Source of the DNA: Takakia lepidozioides | Taxonomy: Eukaryota; Plantae; Bryophyta | Assembly: GCA_030704615.1 (NCBI GenBank) | Contig: CM060732.1 | Span: forward strand, 39,122,001-39,186,000 | DNA length: 64,000 bases | Direction: 5' to 3' | In this document: one piece after another, positions 1 through 12,517 of the stretch | How positions within the stretch are numbered: the stretch's first letter is position 1 | How the letters are laid out: each line of letters begins with the position of its first letter | Position numbers and translations under genes: made by a program | Notes under the pieces: generated by a model | What the model was told of the DNA's origin: nothing | Databases searched by the model: none | The model's input: only the letters and a program-made list of their open reading frames with translations

Positions 1-3000
1 AGTGGAGGTGCGGTTGGCGAGATGGCTCAACATTTTTGTGAGCGTTACAAGTATGTAGGCATACACTTCTCTCGTTTGCTTGAATGACAAGAAAGTTTCT
101 GGGATAGGGATAGAGATGGGGTCCTTTTATCTGCTCTGTGTGGTTGCCAGTTATGACTACGGGAGGTTGGTAATGTGATGGCAATGGAGAAGGCTGTGGA
201 GGCAGCTTTGAGGTAGGTTAAGGGAAGATTTGTTTGTGTGTGGATGGGAGAGGAAGAGAACTTCAGCAAGTTTGAAGGAAGGGCAAGTTTTTTCATGCAG
301 TTCGTCCAATTACAACTTGAGAAGGTCTGGAGCCTGGTTTGTTTGTGTAATGTTCCCACTAACTATCTCCATATCTACACATGCTCAACTCTATTTTTTC
401 CCTGACAGGTTGATGGTGATAAAGATATCTTCCAAATTTGAGCTTCGTAGATTCTGTCGCACGACAGGTGCCGTGTCGTTGGTAATTCTCTGCACTCTCA
501 AGAGTTGTCAACTTACTGCTCTGGTTGGAATAAGCTTACCACTTATCAGACAGTTTTGGGTGAATCATGGCGAGTCATGGATGGAAAATAGAAACGGTAA
601 GAGCTGAAAATTGCTCACGTTGCTACTGTTGTTATGCAGGTAAAGTTGGCGCAACCGTCGGCTGATGAGCTAGGATATGCTGATTCTGTTTCTGTTGACG
701 AGATTGGAGGAACAAGGGTACTTTCTAAAAGAAACACTTTTTTTTTGCAAATGTTTGCTTCTCAAGTGAATTAAAAAAAACAATGAGAATTTTTAGCGAG
801 TATTTTGAGAGTAAGCCATCTAATTTCTGCATCACCGTATATGCATTTGGACCTTACATTGTCTAGTGGTGTCTGGAGTCACTAAGGATCATCGGATGAG
901 CTACAAAGGTTGCCCCAACCATTCAGCTTGTCTTCATAGGCATCAGCTAACTGATCTGTGTGCTGTGCAGGTAACAGTCGTGAAGAATGAAGAGAATGGA
1001 AATCTAGTCTCTACAGTCGTGATTCGAGGAAGCACAGAAAGCATATTGGACGATGTTGAGCGTGCTGTCGATGATGGGGTCAACACCTATAAGGTGAATG
1101 AAGAGACGAGCAATTGCTCCCATGCCTTTGCTATACCCCTGAACCCTTAGTCTTCAGGATTCAAGATACAGTTAGTAGGGCTTATACGAATCTGGTTACC
1201 AAACTAAGCTAGCAGTGGCGCACAGGTAATGAGGTTACAGATTAAGGGAGCATTGTTATGTCACCTGGGAAGCGTAGGGTTGGTTATTGCACTGCCAGTC
1301 ATAATGAAGTGAGAGAAGGTGAGCAGAAGGCTGACAGAGGGGTGTCTAAATGTGGTGAAACTGACGTTTACTTTGTTTTGTCGGTGAATACAGGCAATGT
1401 GCCGGGACAGTAGGATAGTTCCGGGAGCAGGAGCAACAGAAATTGAATTGGCAAAGAGATCTAAGGACCATGGTGCCAAGGAAACAGGGTACAAACCAAT
1501 CAACTCGTCTCCTGTGATAGGTTGTGCAACTATATCCACTGCTGCAAGCTAAACCTGTCTGAGAGGTGGAGTGCTGAAATCAGTTGATGGTTGATATGTC
1601 GTAGGTTCCATTTGCACTTCATTGTCCATAAGATCATTCTCCCTCTTCCTTGGGAAGGCGGGGGCATGTGCAGCCACAACTGTTATCGTTCTGAAGCTGT
1701 CTTAAGAATCAACCCATTGGTTGATTATTTTGGGCCCCCAGGTCCTTGGGATGATCCACAATTGGCAGGTTAGGAGTATGTGAAGAATCTGGTATCATGT
1801 TGGAGACCCTTACGTTTTTATGTTGGATGTTACAGGCTAGATCAATATGCCATTGAGAAATTTGCTGACAGCCTTGAAGTAGTCCCGCGAATTCTGGCTG
1901 AGAATGCTGGTCTGAATATGACAGACATGATCGCTTCTCTCCGGGCTGCCCATGACTCTGGCAACTCAAAAGTGGGGGTTGATATTGAAAAAGGCGTGTG
2001 TCGAGATATGACTGTAGACAGCGTCTGGGATCTTCTTACCACCAAGTTAGACTCTCTCTCTCTCTCTCTCTCTCTCTCCTCCCTCTCACACCCAAGGTAA
2101 GTTCAAAATCTTCTAAAGACCTGACCCTGTTGGGGTCTAATTGCTGGGCTGCTCACACACAGCAAGTTTATGCTTGTGTGAAGGGCTTTCTAGAGGATAT
2201 CTGGAAAACCTGAACTAATTGGGTCTCTATCAAGGTAAGTCACACTACTGGAGTGAGCCCCTCACAAAGTTAGTATCTGTTTCCTTCTGTTCTGCCCAAA
2301 TTGGGCGCAGGGTCTATGGCTACAAGTCTACTTCAAATATTCTCTTATGTGTACATGTGGACAAGTGCCTCTGTGAGCGCCTTGATAGCAGTTGCAGGAA
2401 AAATAAGTTTATTCCTGCAGCTGAGCTGTGTAGATAAGCTAATCCCTGGTGGCTAATCCCTGGTGGGTGGGAACCCCACAAAAGGCTCTGAGAGAGTTAG
2501 GTTAGGCAACATTTGCAGGGAGCGGCATGAGTACATTCTCTCTCATTCTCAGTTGAAGGGTTTGAAGTAATGGACAAGCATATGGAGTTCAGAAGAATGT
2601 AGCCAGTTGGAAGGGATATTTCTGAATGCTCTGTCTTGTGGGTGGATGCAGGTTTTGGGCTATCAAGTTGGCCACAGATGCCGTCTGCACCGTACTACGA
2701 GTAGACCAGGTATAACATCTCTCTCTCTCTCCATTCTGTTCCTAAGTCATAGTACCAGCGCTCAAACTGGGCGCGGGGTCAACGGCCACAAGGCTACGGC
2801 AAACAATGTCTTATGAGTACATCCTCTCTCTCCATGTGCACTCTCCAGGCCCTTTTGGGGTCTAGTTATTCGGCAAATCACACACAGCAGATTGAGGTTT
2901 GTGTGAAGGGATTTCTGGAGGATATCTGGAAAACTTGGATCAATTGCATGTTTCAAGGTTAATCATACTACTGGCGTCAGCCCCTGACAGAGGTAGTTTC

Positions 3001-3321
3001 TGTCCCTTTGTGTTCTGCTCAAACTGGCGGGGGATCAATGGCCACAAGGCTGCGGCAAACGACGTCTTGTGAGTACGTCCTCTCCATGTGCACCATGATG
3101 AGCCTGGCTGAGGCCCCAAAAAACTGTCCAGTAAGTGGTCATGCACCATGAACCATGTCCTCGAGGCTACATCGTAGCACTGGGCATGGTCAATGAGTAC
3201 ACCTGATCGCTCTCTTTGTCTCTCTACCTTATTGAGGTTTCATTGAGTGGTGCAGATCATAATGGCTAAGCAAGCGGGTGGGCCAAAGAAGGACAGACCA
3301 ATGGATGGAGAAGATGAATAG
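1..3321 (+). CDS. CCT8: T-complex protein 1 subunit theta (CCT8), 5'-partial; exons 1-50, 409-481, 640-717, 971-1093, 1394-1488, 1836-2045, 2652-2709, 3256-3321
   Basis: Phase-consistent GT-AG exons give ...GEMAQHFCERYKLMVIKISSKFELRRFCRTTGA...VIRGSTESILDDVERAVDDGVNTYKAMCRDSRIVPGAGATEIELA...AIKLATDAVCTVLRVDQIIMAKQAGGPK. These are CCT-theta motifs; TAG at 3319-3321. Confidence 0.95.
2125..3092. repeat. Intronic dispersed repeat (~260-bp monomer), copies 2125-2356, 2760-2840 (partial) and 2848-3092
   Basis: Shared blocks GGGGTCTA..., CACACACAGCA, TGTGTGAAGGG.TTTCT, ACTACTGG.GT.AGCCCCT.ACA and ATGGC.ACAAG.CT in two CCT8 introns. GCTCAAACTGG recurs at 2760 and 3017. Confidence 0.85.
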
Positions 3322-4958
3322 GTGAATATTCTGGTAATGCGGATGGTTAACAAATAACTGTTGAGGTTAGGATGCTATTGATGAGGACAACAGTTTTCCG
3401 GTCATAGCTAATTTGGTTTGGAGGTGACTTTTTTCATTGAAGGTCAGTGTATTTGCACTCCAATGTCGAGGTTTTGGGATATCAGCTTTCACTCTCGGGA
3501 TTCACTGTTGTAACAGAGCTAGAGGGTAATCAATGTTTTTGCCGATGGGACAGAAACTACCGAAATATAGTTAGTTTTCATTACCCATGGAGTATGTGCT
3601 GGAGAGGTCCTTTGTTTAGAGCAAGTTCAAAGTTTTGGTAAATACAAGTAGTAAAAGAAGCTCCAGCCAGGTCGGACCAGGTTTCTCACCAGTCGAATGT
3701 TTCCTCAAATACTAGACACTGTATCAGAAAGAACTATTGAACTTCCAGAGTACAAAGGGGGCTTGGACATATGTCACCCCACCATCACACCTGCCATATC
3801 CCATCAGCCTGAAGGGTGCCTTGCTCTCAACGGTTGAGAAGCAATGGAGTATAGAACATTGTCACCTATCACACTCGCGTGTATGACTAACAAGCAAATG
3901 GAGGCATGCTCTTAACTTTCAATCCAGCAGTAGGAGATTGGTTCATGTCATATGCAATGAATTTGGAGTATGTTTTGGTTTTCTCACTGCCAGTTGCAAG
4001 CAGTCTCAAGCCAGGCCAGCCAACATACCATGGCTAAATTTTGCTGTGTGAGAAAGGACAAGCTAAGGTATCCATTACTTCAACAAGAATTCCACCCTCC
4101 ATGGGGGTAGCAGCTCTCCTGATACGCCAAGCGGGTCAACAGAATGTCCAAGAATCGGAAGGCCATCCCACTTGAAAATAGACAAATCCCATAAAGTAGC
4201 TACGAGAAAAAAAAGACTGGATATACATCAGAAGGAAAGATGACCCTGAAGGAGACATGTTGTCAAAAGCCACAACATCAACCACCACAAAAGGAACCTG
4301 GGTGATGCAGCTTACTGGTCATTGCCTACATGGTATATATGCCTTGCAAGCAGAAATGGTCTGAGCAGTTGCTGTGCAGTACATAACTGTTACACTCAAA
4401 AGTTACTACCTTTTTGTTATACCATTGAACCTCGGGGTACTGATTTGTATTATTTGTATTACTGACCACGATTCATACTATCTTCAGGCTGATTCTGCTG
4501 GAATCTGATCAATGTTTGCAATTGCGAGTTTCTATAGCTCCTACACTTGCACTTGGGAAGGTTGCATCAATCCCAGGTAAATACAAAGACCCATTTTCAT
4601 CAAGTGGTGTATGGAGACTGGCAACTTCCAGTTGACATGTTCTATGATCCACAGCAAAACAACAGAATGTATTTGCTCTATCACAGCACTTGAATCAGTG
4701 AACTGCTATTTTAAAGCTTCAAGTACTGAACTGCTAAGTATCTACCAGCTGAGTCAGATTGGAGAAGCATTGGAACTGGACAATCTCCCTGTACATTGCT
4801 TTCAAGTATACTTATGGAACTGTACGTGTGGCACCTCCATAACACGCAGTGGAGGTGAGGCGGTGTTTTCGTCCTGCTTTACGCTCTCGTGTGCTTCTGC
4901 GCTCTCTCGCACGCTCTCGCTGCTACCCCGCACCCAGACCCCAAGATTGGCAGCGACA

Positions 4959-7082
4959 ATGGCAGATGCAAGCGTGGTTGTTGGTGCAGGGGCGCCATTT
5001 ACACAGTATGTGTATACGATCCTTGCAGTGGCTGCTGTGTTGGGTTATGCAGTGTATAAGCTGGTGTGGGGATCTTACCGATTGCCACCGGGGCCACGAC
5101 CATGGCCTGTAGTTGGGAACCTGCCAGACATAGCTCCAGTGCGCTTCAAGTGCTACATGGAATGGGCTCAAAAGTACGGGCCTGTCATTTCCGTGTGGAT
5201 GGGACCTACTCTCAATGTGGTGGTTTCATCTGCCTCGGCTGCCAAGGAAGTTCTCAAGGAGAAAGACCAGTCCCTTTCATCTCGCCCCCTGACCAGGGCC
5301 GCTGCAAGGTTCAGTAGAAATGGTCAGGATCTGATCTGGGCCGACTATGGCCCTCACTACGTGAAGGTTAGGAAGGTGTGCACATTGGAGCTGTTTACTC
5401 CCAAGAGGCTGGAAGCGCTCAGGTGCGTGCGTCAGGATGAGGTTGCAGCCATGGTGGAGTCTCTGTACCAGGATTGTACAAGAGAGGTTGGGAGAGCCGT
5501 GAATGTGAAGAGGTACCTATCAGCTGTAGCTTTTAACAACATCACTCGGATTGTTTTTGGAAAGAGGTTTGTGAGTAATGAGGGGAAAATTGATCCACAG
5601 GGTGTAGAATTCAAAGAGATAATCTCACAAGGGATGAAACTTGGGGCTTCTCTAAAGATGTCAGAGCACATCCCATACCTCCGATGGATGTTCCCATTGC
5701 AAGAAGAGGAATTTGCAAAGCACGGTGCACGCCGCGACAACTTGACCAAGACTATAATGCAGGAGCACACACTGCAGCGCGAGAAGCATGGAGCAGGACA
5801 TCATTTTGTGGATGCTCTCTTGTCGCTACAGAAGCAGTACGATTTGAGTGAGACCACCATCATCGGCCTGCTCTGGGTACTTACTCTCCTTGGAGTCTTA
5901 ATTCTAATGTTTTGTTTGTTTATTATTAAATTCCCGTCCCATAAGCTCCCCGGCTTGGGCCTCTCTTCCTGTCGTCTTTGTTAAAGTTTCGCTCCCTTTT
6001 CTTTCCATTGATTCCGTCACCAGAACCACTGGGCTGTTATCCTTGTCAGGCTGTCTGTCCCCTACCCCTTAGCTATGTCACACATGTCAATCTCCTATCC
6101 GAATGAGCCTGACGTAGTATCAAGGAGTGGGAAAGGTTAAAGTGGATGCAAACTATACTGTTTGAGGGCCCCAGTGGCTCTTTCAAGGCTCCATTACTCA
6201 AGGGAAGAGGGGCTGGGGTTCACATTAACACAGGATATGATTACGGCAGGCATGGACACAACTGCAATTTCAGTTGAGTGGGCTATGGCAGAGCTACTGC
6301 GGAACCCACATGTGCAAAAGAAAGCTCAGGAGGAGCTTGATCAGGTGAGCCTCAAATCTCCAGTGCCATCCAGGGGTAGGGATGGCACCCTTTGGAAAGT
6401 GGCGAGTAGTTTGCATACTTGCTTCAGACCTTTTCCATATTGCATTGGGAGGTGGTAGTTGCAATGCATCATCCTAATAACAAGAAATCGTGCACTTAGC
6501 TACTTAAACTGGTTAATGGTTCTAGCGGTCGTACTAGCACTATCCATTGATGGGGGGGTGCAGGTGGTGGGACAAGACAGAGTCGTCACTGAAGCTGATT
6601 TTGCACAATTGCCATACCTGCAAGCTGTGGTCAAAGAGGCCCTACGCTTGCATCCCCCAACCCCACTCATGCTGCCACACAAGGCTGCCGAACATGTCAA
6701 GATTTCAGGCTATGATATTCCCAAAGGCTCGATAGTGCATTGCAATGTGTATGCTATTTCACGGGACCCAGCCATCTGGAAGGAGCCGTTAGTCTTCCGT
6801 CCAGAACGGTTTCTGGAAGAGGATATTGATATAAAAGGACATGATTACCGCCTCCTGCCTTTTGGTGCTGGAAGAAGGGTGTGCCCAGGTGCACAGCTAG
6901 GTCTCAATATGGTGCAGTTGATGCTTGCTTGCTTGCTGCACCACTTTTCGTGGAGCCCTCCCCCAGGGATGAGCCCTGAAGCTATTGACTTGACTGAGCG
7001 GCCCGGTGTTGTGACCTTTATGGCCAAGCCTCTGGAGGCAGTTGCCACACCTCGCATTCCTGCTCACCTCTACCAAAGGTGA
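4959..7082 (+). CDS. CYP98A: Cytochrome P450 CYP98A (p-coumaroyl ester 3'-hydroxylase); exons 4959-5876, 6234-6344, 6564-7082 (~515 aa)
   Basis: Membrane anchor plus [17 protein letters not shown]98-type [36 protein letters not shown]-helix AGMDTT, EALR, PERF and heme motif [10 protein letters not shown]. All introns are phase 0 GT-AG. Confidence 0.95.
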
Positions 7083-7946
7083 AGTTTTTGTGGGAGAGGA
7101 ATAGGATAAGAAGAGCTAGGATGTGACTCATGTGACTCATTTGATTTCAGCTTGGACTAGTTGATCAAGACTAATCGCTGTCATGCAAGAGGGCATTCAT
7201 GCACATGTGGCTCTTATTCAGCTTTCATGCAATGTCAGCTTCCCGTGTAAATGACAATACCCTCATGGTGATGTTTGCACCTCAATCCAAGTATAGTGTT
7301 CTTTCAGAATTCTGCCGGACGGCATGTCGAATAATAACTGATTTATCCTGCAGGGGTTAGAAGTCGCCTGGAGAAGGGCATGGCTTTGGTGGACTCTAGG
7401 AGATTTCAGGTCTCTAGGGGAAGAATAGGCAACAAATTGCACTTGTTCAAGTTCTTTATTTTTCACTTTCTCATAAACTGCACACCAAAGTACTTGGAAA
7501 GATCATGTGTGTCAACGGATGCCACAATCATACTCTACACAAAACCAAGACAACAACAATGCAGATTCCATTTCAGAAATGTCTTTTGCCTACCTCTACA
7601 CATCAGGTCAACTCAGCATGGAGAAAGGAAACAGTGTGCATTAATCCGCAGGGATGGTGGTAAGAACAGCAAGCATCCTTTGATGCATTCTATGATTCAT
7701 ATCTAGTTGTGGAAGAAAGAAGGATCCGGGTCTGAACGCTCGTTTTGATTGGGAACAGGTAACATGTTCCCATCCTAAACCATTTTGTCTTTAATTAGGT
7801 CAATGTCAAACCCCCTCAGGACATGATGGGGGAGTAACGTGTGAAATTTACCTCATATGGTTCCCAGGGAGTGTCCCTTAACAAGAGATGTTGGGAGGAG
7901 TGAAGTTGGGCTGCAAGGGAAGAGGGAGAGAAGAGGGAGCGGAGGG

Positions 7947-8946
7947 ATGGCAGCGGGGCCAGAGAGTGAGGACCTACCGCAGGCCAATGTGAAGAGAATC
8001 GTGAAAGGGAAGCTTGCGGAGCTCGCCCATGCGCACTGGGACGATGAGAGGAGAGAGAAGGATATTCCTGTGAATAAGGACGCTCTTCTTGCCTTCTCTG
8101 AAAGTGCCAAGATCTTCATCCACTTTCTTTCCGCAACGTACGTCTCTCTGTTTTGTGAAAAGATATCTTCTCGCTCATTTTCTGATTCGCACTGTGTCCT
8201 GCCCACAATCTCTACTGTTGCTGTGTTTTTAGCTGGAGCCTGTGGTAATTCTCACAGACAAACTGCTAGCATAGATGCCAATCTGATGGATCCGGGTGCA
8301 CTGCCAATTCGGAAAGACAACAAATGGGGAGGAGTTTCTTGCAGACGGAATCGGAAGCTTTCACTCGTGATTGGGCATGATTCTCTGGGAAAGAATAAAT
8401 GTGCAGCTTAGATTACACCTTACTTCCTTGTTTCAGACCCGCACAGTGAGTCTCCGTGATTGATTTTCCATGAGCACGAAAGGTATGTCAGGTTGTGCCT
8501 GGTTGCAAAAGTCCCACATCTGCTTGAAGCTAAACCCAATTTTCAAACCTAATCTTACATTGACTAAATTGTCATTGCTGTCTGTCTGCCATAACCTCCC
8601 TATAAACCCTGGAAATTGTGATCCCTGTTTTGAACTTCAAGGAGTAATTGGCCGATCTGCCCTCTTTTGGGGGATTTCAATGAAAATTAATTAGAACAGA
8701 TTGTTCCCCTTCAGGGTTCGTCCATCTAAATTCCTCGAAGTGTGAGGGAAAGAGAGGAGAGGGAGGGGAGGAAAGGATGAACCAATGAACACACCAGGGA
8801 TGGTCTACGCTGTAACAGAGCAAATGAAATATGTCGCGAATCAAAGCGACAAACCATCAACGCTGAGGATGTGCTCAAAGCTGTTGAGGAGCTGGACTTC
8901 ACCGAGTTTTGTGAGCCCTTGAGAGCTGCACTTGCAGGTGTGTATG

Positions 8947-8982
<36 letters not shown>

Positions 8983-9609
8983 TGCTTTGCAGTGATGACG
9001 TGAGTGGATTATTTGAGTCTTTGTTCTGTCTTTCCTTAAGGGGCAAGGTGCCAGATCAAACTCTAGTAGAAAACCTCTTCAGGGAACACCTCAGAAGTTT
9101 GTGAAAAGCCAAAAAGTCAACAAAGGCACTAGTCTTTCTCACACTCTGTGTCTTCCCTGGCCCTTGTTGGGGTCTAATTGCTGGGCAGCTCACACACAGC
9201 AGATTGATGCTCGTGTGAAGGGATTTCTAGGAGAACCTGGAAAGCTGTTTATACCAAGGTATGTCCCACTACTGGAGTGAGCCCCTCACAAAGGTAGTGT
9301 CTGTTCCCTCTTGTTCTACCAAAACTGGGCATGGGGTCTATGGCCACAAGGCTACGGCAAACAACGTCTTCTGTCTTCCTTTTGCATGACTTATCTAGAC
9401 TGTCTTTAAAGAATGAAGTTCTTGAGCAGTTACGGTTGCTTGCAGGCTTCAGGAAAGATAATGAGTCTAAGAAATCTGAAACGAAAAGGAAAGGTGGGGT
9501 CAGAAAGAGAAAGGCTGATGGTGACACTAAAGAGGGGGAAGCAAATACAAGAGGGGAGCTTGAGGATGGCGTTGCCATGGTGGAAGATTACAGTTCGCCG
9601 GAAACTTAA
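7947..9609 (+). CDS. DPB4: Histone-fold DNA polymerase epsilon subunit 3 / DPB4 (NF-YB-like); exons 7947-8137, 8819-8937, 9446-9609 (~157 aa)
   Basis: EDLPQANVKRIVKGKL...VNKDALLAFSESAKIFIHFLSATANEICRESKRQTINAEDVLKAVEELDF is a POLE3/DPB4 histone fold followed by a charged tail. Phases are consistent. Confidence 0.9.
9161..9371. repeat. Further copy of the intronic repeat, in DPB4 intron 2
   Basis: CCCTTGTTGGGGTCTAATTGCTGGGCAGCTCACACACAGCAG...ACTACTGGAGTGAGCCCCTCACAAAGGTAG...GGCCACAAGGCTACGGCAAACAACGTCTT matches 2125-2356 and 2848-3078. Confidence 0.85.
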
Positions 9610-10784
9610 CTCTAATAGGCACAAGCACAAGATAGAGAGATACATGTCTCAAAATTGTTGGACAGTGGAAACTTTGAAAATAGACCAACAATGTTCTTTG
9701 GACCTGTGGAAGTTTCATGGGGAACTGATTTCTTTGACAATGGCAATGGTGTCTGTTGCTTCATTCTGAGGTCTTCTCTCATTATTCAGCTTGTGGTGTA
9801 GTTGACAATTCAACACAAATTGGTTGGACCCACCGTGGTTTCATCAGGGAATGCATTTTACTCTGCATTTCTCAACATTGTGTGACATATGTAGAAAAAT
9901 CAAGCTGCTCCTCATGTTCACTATGCGCTTAGTTTCTTTGTCATAGTCTATGTGCATCCTCGTCCTCCTCTTCAGAACTATCAAGCAATGTTCCTCTCTC
10001 TTACTCCATTTATAAGATGGTTCTCCGGTTCAGAATGTGCTTGCTTCCTCTCTGATATTTCATGTACAATCTGGTGATGTGCGAGGTCTCTATCTCATAG
10101 TCCATATACAAGCTGGTCCTCCAGTCATGGTCATCTTTGGTTCCTCTATCATTATGATAGTCCACATACCACCTGGTCCTTTTTTCCGGAATTGGCTTGC
10201 TTTCTCTCCTAGACTCCATAGAGCAGCTGGTCCTTTTACATTGTGCTGGCATTTGTCTCAAATCATTGTTTGGAGCGAATACATAAAACATATATTAACC
10301 AGTTATTATTCAAATACAAAAATATAATATAATATCAAATTTTATGTTTAGAATTTAGACCATTTAAAAATAATTTTATGTATCAAAGAAAATTAATTTG
10401 AATTGTTGTTCAAAATAATGTTTTGAATAAATATATAAAATATATATTACTGTAACTTTTATTTTATTTTATATATAGAAAATCTAACAATCCAAAATAA
10501 TATCAATTTGTTTTTTATTAAAAACATTTATCAAAAAATCTATATGTATACCACTTAAAATATAATATTATGCACTATTTTGAGCTGTTTATTTAAAATT
10601 ATTTCTGCCAAAAACATTGTTTTTGAGTTTTTTCTTATATCTTTTTTCCCCTACATTATGCTTCTTGGCTAAATCGTAAACCCTTAAATCCAAATCTACC
10701 ATACTATGTTTTTTATATGGTCCTTGGTTACATTTGTCATGACTAGTTAGAATGTTGAATTTTGAACTTTCAAGTCTTCATAAC

Positions 10785-11577
10785 CTTTGAAATCTTTTAG
10801 AACACATGTCAGACAATTTAGAACATATATTAAGAATTATCTTTGTAGTATAAAAAACCATGAATATTTACTGACATGTGTCATGCTCTTTGTATGTTGG
10901 AAGATAAACAGCTGAATACTTGTTCATTCTTGTAATTGTTCAAATGTGATCCAATAAGTTCATAATCCACTTCCTCTCTTGTGGATCCGTAGTGTTTGCA
11001 TCTTTTCATTTGCACGATCAATTTACTGCACCACAATATAAAATGTACGCCTTTATTTCTTGGAGGCCTCGAAGCAATTTTTAAGATGGGAAGATTTGTA
11101 CTTTGGTTCTTGGCCACAACAATTAATTTTTCTTGTTTATAGTTTTTGGTATGCTATCTTTCCATGACCAACCTTATAGTCTTCATTTCTTTATTCTACG
11201 TTGATATTTGATTTTGTTAGGTGTTTGTTGTGCTGTACAATGATAGTTTTCTTCATTTCTTTTAAGCAAAGGTTGGTTTGTGAGGAGATTGCATTTGTTC
11301 TTGGGTTCTTCATTCATGGCCGGCCCATGTCAATTCCTTTTCCTACATTTTCTTGGAAAATGGTATTCAATCTCTTGTTTCTTGCCCTTGAGGTCAGTTA
11401 CTCTCTATTGCTTGAAAGAACATCATACAAACACCATTTGTTCAAGATATTTATTTTTTCACATGGACACAAGAACATGTTCTCCTATCAGCATTGCAAA
11501 TACTCTATGTGTATTTGATTACATGGCATAGTTATTGATTCCATCTCTATTCATAATCAGCTTTCATCACCCACTTG
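10785..11577. mobile_element. Decayed repeat (probable TE relic), paralogous to 36303-37141
   Basis: Long near-identical stretches shared with 36303-37141 (ORF-track peptides MIFDFVRCLLCC... at both loci). No intact ORF. Confidence 0.75.
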
Positions 11578-12517
11578 ATGGTGTGAACAAAATTTGCAGT
11601 TGCATCATAGACCAGGATTCTTCTGTTTAGGACTTCGGCCTCATAAGGATGTATGCACCATGCCTCACACAATTTGGGTCAACCAAAACAAATTAGGTAG
11701 ATTAAAAAGATGAACGGACAGTTGCGTTGTTTGATATTACAAAACGTCTAGTGTATAACTTCACATATACCCAAGCTTATCATATGGAAGCACTTCTATT
11801 ACCCTTTTGAGCTGCACACCCTTGAAGCCCCCGGATGAGAGGAGAATAGGTTAAGATGATTCAAATATGACCTCCTTCATAACAGCATGCCTGCTCATGA
11901 CAGTACTTTTGCGCAAAGTATACAAATATCTTATGGGCAAGATCAGCTATCAATGCCTACTGCACCCCATCGCTTTGTAGTTTCAGCTCCAAAACTGAGG
12001 CTTACAAACCTTGGAATTGTACAATAGCCAATTCTTTTTGTCGGTCCAGTGTCCGTGCAAGCTCACTCTGCTACATGTATGCAAATGAAGTGCATGCCTG
12101 TATGCACATTGCCAGTAAAGTCAGAATTTCTCTGGAATACAACCATCTTCCAACACACATTATGGGGTGATTTTAAAACCGTGAGTCCCACAATTAACAT
12201 TCTTCCCCATTAAGCTTCCAGTATTGGTACGGACTACCATGGCAACAGACCACTGTCATGGGTTAGACCAATGCTTGACTGATGGTACATTGCCTTGATG
12301 TGGTTAGAAAGGTGTGTTCTCTGTTCCTTTCTGTATTAGCTGTACAGAAATAGGAAGTGATCAAGTGATCAAGTTTGCAAGTTTCAATCCATTAATGAAG
12401 GCAATGGTACAGTTTCCGGTAATTGTTGTCACCTCCCCTTCATAGTATCGTAGTTGCATTCTCCTTGTCAGTGACATTCCAGTCTTTACCAATCTAAGGG
12501 CAGTACGATTAGCCTGA

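Noticed and set aside
4611-4958. 116-aa N-terminal extension of CYP98 in the ORF track
   Set aside because: The membrane anchor and Pro-rich hinge follow the ATG at 4959, giving a normal ~515-aa P450. The upstream open frame looks like promoter or UTR.
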